From assembly GCA_963845755.1 (NCBI GenBank), contig CAWJTV010000028.1, positions 288,001 through 352,000 on the forward strand: 64,000 bases of DNA, given 5' to 3'. The position numbers were made by a program, and so were the translations under genes. Below, piece by piece: positions 22,346-32,781 of the stretch (position 1 is the stretch's first letter; each line of letters opens with the position of its first letter). The notes beneath the pieces are model-generated. The model was given only the letters and a program-made list of their open reading frames with translations, was not told the DNA's origin and searched no databases. The stretch comes from an uncultured Planctomycetota bacterium (lineage in GTDB: Bacteria > Planctomycetota > Planctomycetia > Isosphaerales > Isosphaeraceae).

Positions 22346-23742
22346 ATGGAGAAGGCGCGTCAAGGAGGATTGCGGATCCTGTACGCCGATGATGAGTCCC
22401 ATCTTCGGGACTTGATGCAGATTGAATTGCCCCGGCTGGGGCATGAGGTCACGGTCTGTCCCGATGGAACGGCCGCACTGCGCGCGCCTGGAACGCGGCC
22501 TCTACGACGCCGCTCTGCTGGATTTGCGAATGCCCGGTTTGACCGGCATCGAGGTCCTGGGACAGATCCGACAGATCAGTCCGGAGACCCAGGTCATCAT
22601 CCTGACGGGTCATGCCACCGTCAACACGGCCGTCCAGGCGCTTCGACTAGGTGCGTTCGACTATCTGACCAAGCCCTGCAAGTGGGCGGAACTGGAGGTC
22701 ATTCTCACCCGCGTCGCCGAGCGCCGCGACATGGCCAACAAGGCCGTGGCCCTGGAGACCCGGCTCAAAGCCGCCGAAGGATCACCCCTGCTGATCGGCG
22801 AGACTCCGGCCATGCAGCAAGTGCGCCGGCTGATTGAAACGATCGCGCCCACGGACGCCTCCGTCATGATTCTCGGCGAGACCGGAACGGGCAAGGAGCT
22901 GGTGGCACGCAGCCTTCACGACAAGAGCCGGCGATCCGAGCGTGCCTTCATCCCGGTTAATTGCGGTGCGCTGCCGGAGAACCTGGTCGAGAGCGAACTC
23001 TTCGGCCACCGCAAAGGTGCCTTCACGGGTGCCGACGCACATCGCAAGGGACTTTTCGAGGTGGCCAACGGAGGAACGCTGTTCCTCGACGAAGTGGGCG
23101 AGCTGGACAAGAGCGTTCAGGTCAAGCTCTTGCGGTTCCTGGAATCGGGCGAGATCCGCCGCGTCGGCGAGAATGAGCCATTCCGGGTCGATGTGCGCGT
23201 GCTCTGTGCCACCAATCGCGATCTGCGCGACATGGTCGCCGGCGAATCGTTCCGCGAAGACCTGTTCTTCCGGCTCAATACCTTCGAGATCGACCTGCCT
23301 CCTCTGCGCACGCAAGGGCGACATCGTCGCCTTCGCGCATCACATGCTCGCTCGTTACGCCTCACGGCGCGGACTGAGTCAATCGACGATCAGCCCGGAC
23401 TCCCTCGATGTTCTTCAGAATCACGACTGGCCCGGGAACATTCGTGAGCTGGGCAATATGATCGAACGCGCCACGATCCTCGCGGGCGATGGGGCTATCC
23501 TGCCCGAACACCTGCCGACTCAGCTCCCGATCCGCGGCAAGGCCCACCCGACCGCCGCGTCGTCCATCGGCCCTCCTCATTTCCAGATCCCGGAAGGGAC
23601 TCCGACCCTCCGCGACATCGAGATGAAGTACATCCAGGCCATCCTGGAGAAACACAACGGCAACAAGCCGGCGGCCGCGCGGGAACTGGGCATCAGCCTC
23701 AAGACGCTCTACAACAAGATCAATCAGCTTCAGCATAGTTGA
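22346..23742 (+). CDS. Sigma54-dependent response regulator (NtrC/AtoC family; frameshifts ~22487, ~23310)
   Basis: Receiver domain (ILYADDE, LLDLRMP, KP), [29 protein letters not shown] and Fis-type HTH ([15 protein letters not shown]). Confidence 0.92.
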
Positions 23743-23744
23743 AG

Positions 23745-23774
23745 CAGTGTTCAGTGTTTGACTGAAAACTGAAA
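23745..23774. terminator. Heptamer-built hairpin between convergent genes
   Basis: (CAGTGTT)x2 followed by (ACTGAAA)x2. CAGTGTTCAGT pairs with ACTGAAAACTG at 10/11 positions. Lies between the regulator and rnhA stop codons. Confidence 0.5.
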
Positions 23775-23781
23775 ACGAAAT

Positions 23782-24261
23782 TCAGGATTCCTTGAGCGCC
23801 TTATAGGCGGCGACGGCCATGCGGTCGCAGGCTTCGTTCTCGGGGTGGCCACGGTGGCCCAGGACATGGGTCACCGTGACGCGGTGGCTCTCCAGGAGGG
23901 AGTCGAGCCGCTGCCAGAGGTCGAGGTTGATGACGGGTTTGAGGCGGCCCTTCTCCTTCCGCATCCAGCCCTGGCGTTTCCAGTTGGGCATCCATTCAGT
24001 GATCCCCTTGGCCACATACTGGCTGTCGGTGATCACCTCGACGCGGCACGGCTTCTTGAGGGTCAAGAGGCCCTCGATGACACCCATGAGTTCCATGCGA
24101 TTATTGGTCGTGTCGGGCTCGGCGCCGGACGATTCGGCGATATTGCCGCTGGCGGGGTGATGGAGGATGAACGCCCATCCCCCCGGTCCGGGGTTCCCAC
24201 TGCACGCACCGTCTGTGAATAACCGTACGAGATCTCCGGATGCTGCGGCATCCCGTTCCAT
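23782..24261 (-). CDS. rnhA: Ribonuclease HI
   Basis: FTDGACSGNPGPGGW, TTNNRMEL, TDSQYV and GHRGHPENEACD. Confidence 0.95.
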   Translation of the reverse strand: MERDAAASGDLVRLFTDGACSGNPGPGGWAFILHHPASGNIAESSGAEPDTTNNRMELMGVIEGLLTLKKPCRVEVITDSQYVAKGITEWMPNWKRQGWMRKEKGRLKPVINLDLWQRLDSLLESHRVTVTHVLGHRGHPENEACDRMAVAAYKALKES

Positions 24262-24337
24262 TGGGTCGATCCTTCCTGGGCCAGGTCACGGTGGAAGCCG
24301 GCGCCGAAAGAAACTGGCTTGCCGGCTCCTCCGGTGG

Positions 24338-24943
24338 TCAATACTTGCGGACGACGCCCACCAGGACGCCCAGGACGTTGACCCGGTCCCGGTAGATCGG
24401 CTTCATCGTCCGGTTGGCCGGCTCGAGGCGGATGCGGTTGCGTTCGCGGAAGAAGCGCTTCAGCGTCGCCTCGCCGTCGTCATCCCGGACCGCGACGATC
24501 TGCCCGTCGCGCGCCTGCTCCTGCTTGCGGATGATGACATAATCGCCGTCGGCGATGTGCTCGTCGATCATGGATTCGCCCGAGACGCGCAGGGCGAACT
24601 TGTCACCGGGCTCGACCCACTCGGCGAACGTCAGCTCTTCGTGCTGTTCCACGGCCTCCATGGGATGACCGGCTGCGATCCGGCCGACCAGCTTGAGCCC
24701 CGCGTGGTTGGGATTCACCGGGTCTTCCAGGAGCTGAATCGCGCGCGACATGTTCGGCTCGCGATGGATCAGCCCTTTCTTCTGGAGGGCCTTGAGGTGG
24801 CACATCACGCCGTTGGGGCTCTTAATCTGGAAATGCAAGCCGATTTCGCGGACGGTCGGTCCATATCCCCGTCCCTGGATCTTGCTCCTAATAAAATTGT
24901 AGATCTCCCGCTGGCGGGGAGTCAGGGAATCCATGTCGGCCAT
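24338..24943 (-). CDS. lexA: SOS repressor LexA
   Basis: LTPRQREIYNFI, PTVREIG, SPNGVMCHL, cleavage site GRIAAG, Ser (GESM) and Lys (TLKRF). RBS GGAGG. Confidence 0.95.
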   Translation of the reverse strand: MADMDSLTPRQREIYNFIRSKIQGRGYGPTVREIGLHFQIKSPNGVMCHLKALQKKGLIHREPNMSRAIQLLEDPVNPNHAGLKLVGRIAAGHPMEAVEQHEELTFAEWVEPGDKFALRVSGESMIDEHIADGDYVIIRKQEQARDGQIVAVRDDDGEATLKRFFRERNRIRLEPANRTMKPIYRDRVNVLGVLVGVVRKY

Positions 24944-25031
24944 GGTACGCCTCCAAAGTCTGGGAATCGCGATCGAAGAGTCTGCGATTGCCCTCGCACA
25001 CGGGCGATCACGTACTGACTCTTTGGTTGCT

Positions 25032-25060
25032 AATGTACACCGGTCGGCTAGCGCACGCGA
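25032..25060 (-). promoter_or_regulatory. Candidate lexA promoter
   Basis: Minus strand TCGCGT-N17-TACATT, preceded by an A/T-rich tract. Confidence 0.35.
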
Positions 25061-25200
25061 GAACATTTTTCAAAAAAATTTCGAATTCTTCTTTGACCCA
25101 TCCTTCGGTTTGGGGCAAAACACGTCGAAATCCCTGTCCCGAGGATCACCGAACTGTGGCGCCGGATGACCACTCTGACGACGTAATTCGAGGAACTCTC

Positions 25201-25993
25201 ATGTCGGAACCGATCCGGATCCTGGCCCTGCATGCTCATCCCGATGATGTGGAATTTCAGTGCGCGGGCACGCTCATCCTGCTGCGCGAGGCGGGCTGCG
25301 TGGTGACAATCGCGACGATGACGCCGGGAGACTGCGGGAGTGCGGAGCACGATCCCGAGGCGATCGCCGCCATCCGACGCGAGGAAGCCCGGTCCTCGGC
25401 CGCGCTCATCGGGGCCGATTACCTCTGTCTGGAATTCCGGGACCTGTCGATCTTCCAGGATGACGAATCGCTGCGGAGGGTGACCGAGGTCCTGCGCCGC
25501 AGCCGGCCCGAGATCGTCCTCACGGCGCCCCCGATCGACTACATGGTCGATCATGAGATGACCAGCCGGCTCGTCCGGGACGCCTGCTTCGCGGCGCCCT
25601 GTCCCAATTATGCGACCCGGCAGTGGGAGCCCGCGTCGCCGCTTGCGAAGATCCCCCATCTTTACTTCGTCGATGCGATCGCGGGCCAGGACCGCGAAGG
25701 CCTGCCGGTGCCCATCGATTTCTCCATCGACGTCTCGCGGGTCTTCGCCACCAAGCGCGCCATGCTCGCGTGCCATGCGAGTCAGCGCAACTGGCTCCTC
25801 CGCCAACACGGAATCGACGAGTACCTGGAGATGCAGGCCCGCTGGGGCGCCGAACCGTGGCGCCGAGATCGGAGTCGCCCAGGCGGAAGCCTTCCGCCAG
25901 TATCGCGGACATCCCTATCCGCACGACAACCTCCTGCCGGGATTAATCGGCCAGGACGGCCACGGCGGCCTCGTGACGGCAAATGCGCGATGA
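25201..25993 (+). CDS. PIG-L/LmbE family deacetylase (frameshift ~25851)
   Basis: HAHPDDVE, IRREEA, DYMVDHE, ACHASQ and AEAFRQY (after the shift). Confidence 0.88.
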
Positions 25994-26061
25994 ACGAACG
26001 GCGATTGATCCCGAACCCGAATCCCCAGGCAATTTTGTGGCGATCTCGCTGGAGGTGATCG

Positions 26062-26910
26062 TCACGACATCGCGTACGTGATAAGCTGGGCGATCGTGCT
26101 CTGGAGGTCCCTTCGGTGCACGATCCGATCGATGAATCCATGCTCGAGGAGGAATTCGCTGGTCTGGAACCCTGGAGGGAGCTGGACGCGAACGGTCTGC
26201 TCGATGACCCGCGGGCCGGCGAAGCCGATGAGGGCCTTGGGCTCGGCGAGGATGAGGTCGCCCAGCGACGCGAAGCTGGCCGCGACGCCGCCCATGGTCG
26301 GATGGGTCAGGACGCTGAGGTAAAGGCAGCCGGCCGCGTGATAGCGTCCCAGGGCGGTCGAGACCTTGGCCATCTGCATGAGCGAGAAAATCCCCTCATG
26401 CATCCGGGCGCCGCCGCCGGATCCGGAGACAATCACCAGCGGGAGATGCTGGCGGGTGGCTTCTTCGATGGCCCGGGTCAGCTTCTCGCCGACGACCGAG
26501 CCCATGCTTCCCATGATGAACTTGCTGTCCGTGATGCCGAAAACGATGCGAATCCCGCGGATGAATCCCTGGCCGACCACCGCGGCCTCCTTGAGCCCGG
26601 TCACGGCCTGCTCGGCCTTCACACGGTCCGGGTAGGGCCGGCGGTCGTTGAACTCGAGCGGGTCGGCCGGCTGGAGGTCGGGATACCATTCCTCGAACGT
26701 GTCGGCGTCGAGGAGCTGCGTGATTCTTTCGGCCGCGGAGACCGGGAAATGGTAGTTGCATTCCGGGCAGACGAGGAGATTCTGTTCGACCTGCTTGCGA
26801 AACAAGGTCGCCTGGCAACCGTCGCAACCCATCCAGACGCGTTCCGGGACTCGCTTGGGCTCGAAATGCCCATGCCAGGCATTCGAGGACCGTCCCTCCT
26901 TTTGTGCCAT
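26062..26910 (-). CDS. accD: Acetyl-CoA carboxylase carboxyltransferase beta subunit
   Basis: Zinc finger [41 protein letters not shown] and [12 protein letters not shown]. Confidence 0.95.
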   Translation of the reverse strand: MAQKEGRSSNAWHGHFEPKRVPERVWMGCDGCQATLFRKQVEQNLLVCPECNYHFPVSAAERITQLLDADTFEEWYPDLQPADPLEFNDRRPYPDRVKAEQAVTGLKEAAVVGQGFIRGIRIVFGITDSKFIMGSMGSVVGEKLTRAIEEATRQHLPLVIVSGSGGGARMHEGIFSLMQMAKVSTALGRYHAAGCLYLSVLTHPTMGGVAASFASLGDLILAEPKALIGFAGPRVIEQTVRVQLPPGFQTSEFLLEHGFIDRIVHRRDLQSTIAQLITYAMS

Positions 26911-26996
26911 AACTTGATCCCTCATCGCGACCATTCAAGAGGGCCGGCTTCGTGCTGCCCCGGAACCGGGATGACACCGGCGCGAGCGGGTGGGAT

Positions 26997-27590
26997 TCAG
27001 GCGATACCATTCCGCAGGAGCACCGGCGCGATCTGGATCCATTCGAACTCGCAGCAAGACCATTGTTCGTCAAGATGGACGCGCGGCTCGCCACGCAAGT
27101 AACAGGCAACCAGCCGCACCAGCGGCTCTCCCACAACCAGGCCGATCGACTCCTCCTGGTGCCGGCGCAGGAGCGGACGGAACGCCGTCTTGATCCGTCC
27201 CATCGCACGTTCGACGGTCTCGCCCAGCGGGGGACAGATCGTCGCGGGATCGTCGATCCACTGTCGGAACAGCTTGGTGTTTCGCCGCTTGATTTCGTCG
27301 ATCTGGAGCCCTTGCCACAACCCCTGGTCGAGGTTGCGGAATTCGTTGATCCGCTTGGGCCGGACCCCCAGGATCTTGCCGACAATCTCGGCCGTCCGGA
27401 TGACATTCTCGCCTGGCCCGCAGTAGAGCGCCGCGAGCGGCGAGTCGCCCAGACAGTGCGAGAGCTTCTGGGCCATCCGTACGACTTCATCATGACCGCT
27501 CTCGCTGAGCGGGATATCCAGAACGCCTTGAACGCGATTCTGCTCATCATAGAGCGTCGCGCCGGGGCGAATCAAAATCACTTGCGACAT
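26997..27590 (-). CDS. Histidine phosphatase-family protein with degenerate active site (RPG for RHG)
   Basis: VILIRPGAT..NRVQGVLDIPLSESG, RTAEIV, LDQGLWQGL and PPLGET follow the family pattern, but both catalytic His positions are substituted. Confidence 0.8.
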   Translation of the reverse strand: MSQVILIRPGATLYDEQNRVQGVLDIPLSESGHDEVVRMAQKLSHCLGDSPLAALYCGPGENVIRTAEIVGKILGVRPKRINEFRNLDQGLWQGLQIDEIKRRNTKLFRQWIDDPATICPPLGETVERAMGRIKTAFRPLLRRHQEESIGLVVGEPLVRLVACYLRGEPRVHLDEQWSCCEFEWIQIAPVLLRNGIA

Positions 27591-28285
27591 TTCGGATTGG
27601 ACGAGAAAAAAGCGCACGGGCCTTGTCAACCCCGTCCCAGGATGCGACATCGGTCGCAAACCCGGCTCAGTTCGAATGTATAACATGTCCTATCTTGCCA
27701 CGAAAGTGCCCTCCAGGCAACGCGCCCCCATCAAGACCGCCTCTTTCGACCTCCCGCGCCACCCCATTCCAACCTGAAGAGTCCTTCCTCTCAGATCGTC
27801 AACCCAGGGTCGGGAATTGCGTCGCGGCCCCATCTCGACAAGAATCCCACTTCAACCCGCTTCCGATAGAGCGAGGAAACGTCCGTCGAACAATTCCGCA
27901 ACCTTACTTGCAACGCTCAGTAGGATATTCCGTTTAGAGCGAACTGCCTTGTTGAATGCATGCTGTTCTCGAGTCCCATGTGATGATTGTTTAGATCATT
28001 GCTGTACGCGTATTTTGGGCAAGTCACGCGAAGAATCCGGTCGTCCGAAGGCTCGATCGTGGGAGGGAATGCGGTTTACCGGACCGAATCACCATTGGTC
28101 AACAGAATGCCATGCTCGACACCTTGACGGAATTCTCAATGCGTTATTGAATGTATTCCTCAGTTCAATCGGGAGCCACGATTCGGGGAGTCAACGCCGG
28201 GGCGGGCCGGTGACCGACCGCGCATGAATCGAACACCCGTCCACGTTCAACCTGCGATCACAATCTCTCTCGCAAGGATGCAACA

Positions 28286-29848
28286 ATGGCACGGATCGCC
28301 TTGATTAATCCGCGGTTCCAGACCTCGTTCTGGGGGCTGGACCACGGGATGCCGATCCTCGGGAAGCGGTCGAACATGCCGGTGCTGGCGCTGCCAGTCC
28401 TGGCCGGGTTGACGCCCGCAGAGCATGACGTCGTTCTGATCGATGAGAACATCGAGGAGATCGACTTCGACGCGTTGGAGTCGTTCGAGATCGTCGGCCT
28501 GACCGGCATGACGGTTCAGCGCGACCGGATGCGTGAGATCCTGGAAGAGCTCCACACCCGGGGTATCTTCACCGTGATCGGTGGTCCGTGGGTCAGTGTG
28601 GTGGAGGATTGGTTCGAGGGGCTGGTCGACGTCACGTTCGTTGGAGAGGCCGAGGAGACCTGGCCACGATTCCTCGACGAGTGGTCGCGAGGCGAGCACC
28701 AGAGCCGTTATGAACAGGCCGAGAAGACGGACATGACCAAGGTCCCGCCGCCGCGTTTTGACCTCGTCAAGTTCCGCGAGTACGCCATGGGCTGCGTCCA
28801 GACCTCGCGCGGCTGTCCGTTCCAGTGCGAGTTCTGCGACATCATCGTCATTTTCGGCCGCAAGCCGCGGATCAAGACGCCCGAGCAGGTCGTCGCCGAG
28901 ATCGATGCTCAGCACCGGCTCGGCTGTCGCGTGATCTTTCTCGTCGATGATAACTTCATCGGGAACAAGAAAGCCGCCAAGGTCATCCTCCGCGCCATCA
29001 TCGACTGGCAGCGCCAGCACGGCTACCCGTTGGCCTTCTTCACCGAGGCGTCGCTCGACCTGGCCGAGGATGACGAGTTGTTGCGTCTGATGGCCGAGGC
29101 CGGCCTGATCGCCGTCTTCATCGGGATCGAGAGCCCGGACGAAGAGGCCCTTCGCGAGACCAAGAAATACCAGAATGTGCGCGGAAGCCTTGTCGACCGG
29201 GTCCGGAAGGTGCAGGAAGCGGGCCTCGAGGTCTACGCGGGGATGATCGTCGGCTTCGACCAGGACGATGTGACCGTCTTCGATCGGCAGTTCGACTTCC
29301 TCAGCCGGTCGCGGATCGTCGGCGCGATGGCCGGCATGCTTTCGGCGATCCCCAAGACACCGCTGTACGACCGGCTCGCCGCCGAAGGCCGGCTCGACAA
29401 CGCCGCGGCGGACGATCCCCGGATCGCCACCAATGTCGTACCTCTGCACATGACCGTCAGCGAGATGCGCGACGGCTGGCTCGACCTGATGGGCCGTCTC
29501 TATGATGCGGAGAGCTACTTTCAGCGGTTCGACGATCTATTCATCACCGGAAGACTTCCCTTAGCGAGTGCGAAGATGGCCTGGTTACTCCGGCATCGCC
29601 CTCTGCGATACCTTGTGCTCCAGGCCTTGACGATCTTCGGAGCACTCGTGATGCTCGCGCGCGTCTGGTCCGATCCGCGGACGAGGCCCGATCGGCCGGT
29701 CTATGCCAGGTACCTCCGCAAGCTCCTCATCTCGGGCCGGCCGCCGCGTTATCTCTTCCAGTTCGCCTGGAAGTGCATCATGCACACCCACTTCGCCATC
29801 ATGACCCGTCAGATGGTGCGCGGCGAGAGCCGGCTGGTCAACTCATGA
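28286..29848 (+). CDS. B12-binding-domain radical SAM protein (DUF4070-type)
   Basis: N-terminal cobalamin-binding-like region (LTGM, VIGGPW), SRGCPFQCEFC, FLVDDNFIGN, FIGIES and GMIVGFD. Confidence 0.9.
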   Translation: MARIALINPRFQTSFWGLDHGMPILGKRSNMPVLALPVLAGLTPAEHDVVLIDENIEEIDFDALESFEIVGLTGMTVQRDRMREILEELHTRGIFTVIGGPWVSVVEDWFEGLVDVTFVGEAEETWPRFLDEWSRGEHQSRYEQAEKTDMTKVPPPRFDLVKFREYAMGCVQTSRGCPFQCEFCDIIVIFGRKPRIKTPEQVVAEIDAQHRLGCRVIFLVDDNFIGNKKAAKVILRAIIDWQRQHGYPLAFFTEASLDLAEDDELLRLMAEAGLIAVFIGIESPDEEALRETKKYQNVRGSLVDRVRKVQEAGLEVYAGMIVGFDQDDVTVFDRQFDFLSRSRIVGAMAGMLSAIPKTPLYDRLAAEGRLDNAAADDPRIATNVVPLHMTVSEMRDGWLDLMGRLYDAESYFQRFDDLFITGRLPLASAKMAWLLRHRPLRYLVLQALTIFGALVMLARVWSDPRTRPDRPVYARYLRKLLISGRPPRYLFQFAWKCIMHTHFAIMTRQMVRGESRLVNS

Positions 29849-29863
29849 GTCGCAACCTTCACC

Positions 29864-30544
29864 TCAGGAATAGGGCAGGTTGTGCACCAACGATTCGACG
29901 CGGGCGCGGACGAACCGGACGGGTTGGCGGCAGAGCGAGCCGAACAAGAACGGCGGCCACAGGAAGTGAACCACCTGCACGGCCTGGACCGCCTGGCCGC
30001 GGACATTGGGATGGGGGCTGGGCAGGATGTAGACGAACATGAGGGTGCAGGCGGCGACGAGCGCCACCAGGCCCAGCAGTACGAACAGCCAGCCGAATCC
30101 GAGGAGTATGCGTCCGCTCGGCATCTCGATGGCGTACTCGATGCGCGTCCGCGATCCCGAGGGAGTCAGCCGGAACCGACCGCGGCGGACGCCCGCGGAT
30201 GGACCATGCCCCGACGAGCCGGCTGTCATTCCGGCCGATTCGAAGACCAGCTCGCGACGGTCGCAGGCGACGATCTTGACAGGGCCGAACGGTCCCATAC
30301 CCTCACGTGCCAGCAGGCCGGCTAGCTTCCCCGAGAGTTCTTCGGGCACACCCGCGACCTCGGCCTCGCCGACGATCGTGTTCCTGGCGGCGGCCTCCTC
30401 GATCTCGAACCGCTGGGCAGCCTCCATAGCTCTCGCCTGGCGCTCGCTCGTGGCGCGGATCATGTACGACAAACCCGACAGCCAGGCCACGCCCCCGACC
30501 GTCGCGACCGCGACCACGATCCACTTCCCGATCTCCGGATCCAT
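29864..30544 (-). CDS. Hypothetical membrane protein
   Basis: Three hydrophobic segments; plausible RBS (GAAGGGAGA). Confidence 0.65.
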   Translation of the reverse strand: MDPEIGKWIVVAVATVGGVAWLSGLSYMIRATSERQARAMEAAQRFEIEEAAARNTIVGEAEVAGVPEELSGKLAGLLAREGMGPFGPVKIVACDRRELVFESAGMTAGSSGHGPSAGVRRGRFRLTPSGSRTRIEYAIEMPSGRILLGFGWLFVLLGLVALVAACTLMFVYILPSPHPNVRGQAVQAVQVVHFLWPPFLFGSLCRQPVRFVRARVESLVHNLPYS

Positions 30545-30655
30545 AAGTCTCCCTTCGTCTTCCAATCCTGTCAGCACGACGGTCCCGCATTCCAATCGAG
30601 CCCGATCGGCCCGTCAAGAGTCTCCCTCGGTTCCTGACGGCGACGGCGACCCGAT

Positions 30656-30901
30656 TCACCAACGAGGCCGGAGGCCCTGGATGGCATCGTCGACGGCCAG
30701 TTCGATCAGCTCGACCGAGGCGGCGGAACCGACGCGTCGCGTGATCTCGGCCACGATCGCATCGGCGGCACCGCCGACCTGCGCCGCGGCATCACGTCCG
30801 CTGGCGTGGTCGAACCGAGCGATCTCGGCGAGGCGAGCCGCTTCGCCGTATGCAATCCGATAGAGCAAGCACGATTCCAGGTCGTGGAGGAGTTCGCTCA
30901 T
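30656..30901 (-). CDS. Small hypothetical protein (81 aa), translationally coupled to the ABC gene
   Basis: ATGA overlap with the transporter stop (30898-30901); Ala-rich helical sequence. Confidence 0.6.
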   Translation of the reverse strand: MSELLHDLESCLLYRIAYGEAARLAEIARFDHASGRDAAAQVGGAADAIVAEITRRVGSAASVELIELAVDDAIQGLRPRW

Positions 30902-32656
30902 TCTCGTGCACCCGATGGAGTTGGAGTCGCAGGAGTGGACGTCGTTTGTTCGACAAGGGCCCCATCGACCGCGCCGCGTCCCCGAATCGGCGTGACTTGC
31001 CAGCGTCCTTCACCCTGGATTTCGAGCTCCGTATCATGATAGGCACCCAGGCTCCGGCGGTCGCCGATGCTCAGGTAGGTGATCGCGGATTCCCCGAGAA
31101 CCTGGTAGAGCATCCCGACCTGATCGGCGCCCAGGTCCGCGCCGATGTGATCGAGGAAAACGAAACGGGGGCTCGTCAGGAGGACGCGAGCGAAGACCAG
31201 CAGCCGCTGCTCGACGGGTGAGAGCGCGCTGGGACTGTGGACGTCAGCGTCGAGTCCGCCGACGCGTTCGACCATCGAATGCAGCCCGACCTTCTCGAGC
31301 GCCGCGAGGATCTCCCCATCGCGAAGGGCACGCTCGGAAGAGCTGGTGATCAACTGGGATCGTAGCGTGCAGCCGCACGGTCAACGGCTGCCTGGGCACG
31401 AACGTGATCTCTCCGGGACCGGGCCGGACAATGCGGCCTTCTCCGTCCTCCCAGATGCCGACGGTCGCCAGGAATAGGGCCATCTCGGCGGTCACGTCCG
31501 ATCCGGTGATCAGCAGGTTCTTGCCCGAGGGGATTTCCAGCGAGAGGTTCTGGATCAGCGGGCGGCGGTCCCGCCGCGTCCAGAGCGTGAGCCCGTCGTA
31601 AGCCACCCGGTCGGGCGCCTCGGCGACTCGGATGCCCGAGACGGCCGGTGACTGCGCCTCATCGATGGCGTCGACGATCGTGTCCAGACGCCTGGTCACG
31701 GCGGCGAACGAAGAAAGCGTTTCGAACTGCGTCACGATCAGCGAGAACGCACCCAGAAACGCCGAGAACGCCATCGCGGACTGCGTGACGACGCCGAACT
31801 CCACCTGGCCCCGGATGTACATCGGCGCCACGATCAGGAGTGGGATGAGTTGGGTCAGGTAGTTGTACCCGTTGACGAAGAAATTGAGATTCCGTGTGAC
31901 TCGGACGATGGCCTCGTTATTGGCCACCACATCGTCCAGGCGTGAGCGGAGACAGCCGCCGACCGTCCGCTCGGCGCGCATCGTCGTGATCGTCTCGGCC
32001 GTCTCCCGCGTCTGGATGAGGTGATAGCGAAGGTCGGCCTCCTTCTGAAGCTGGAGGTTGTCCAACCTGACGAGCGGGCGACCGAGCAGGATCGTCAGCG
32101 TCGAACCGACCGCGGCGTACAGCCCGGCGACCACCACCAACCACGGAGTAATGGACCAGAGGACGCCCAGGAATGCCAGTGACGTGACCAGCGCGTTGAG
32201 CGACAGGAGGAAGAACGAGAGGGTCGTTTGGGCGTACGACTTGACGTCCTCGGTGATCCGCTCGTCGGGGTTGTCGACCTCGTCCCGGGCCTTGAGTCGG
32301 TAGAACGCGTCATCGGACATGTAGCGGTCGATCAGTCGGCGCGTCATCCATCCGCGCCACAGGAGGCGGAGCCGCTCTTCGGAGAAGCGGTAGAACGCGG
32401 ACATGACCGTCGATACGGCGAAGACGCCCGCATAGACGAAGCCATAGCGGAGGAACTGGTTCCACCGGCGATCGGAGATGGCCGTCATGAAGTCGCGGCC
32501 AACGTAGCTGTTGACGACGTTCAGGCCGCTGAGCGACAGGAGCAAGGCCAGAAGGAGGGTAAACCAGCCGATGGCCGGCCGTCGGGCTTCAGATGAGACG
32601 AAGAGCCGGAGGACATTCAGAAAACGTGTCCATGCCCGCGGTTGATGGTTGATCAT
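30898..32656 (-). CDS. YddA/BacA-type (ABC_membrane_2) half-transporter with degenerate NBD (frameshift ~31370)
   Basis: The TMD has DNPDERITEDV, EADLRYHL, APMYIRG and EFGVVTQSAMAF. The NBD fold is recognisable but its catalytic motifs are substituted. Confidence 0.85.
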
Positions 32657-32781
32657 CGAGGCCACTCGTCTGTTGACGATGCAATGGGTTGGCCTCGATG
32701 AACCGACCCCAGGCCGTTGCCTCGGCCTCGCCGGTCCCGATGTCACTCTCCCGGCGCGCGCCGGAGCCAGACCCCCCTCCT

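Noticed and set aside
28064..28075. AGGGAATGCGGT upstream of the B12 radical SAM gene, resembling the start of a cobalamin riboswitch
   Set aside because: The downstream conserved elements (GCCCCCGCAACTGT, GCCACTG, B12 box) are absent.
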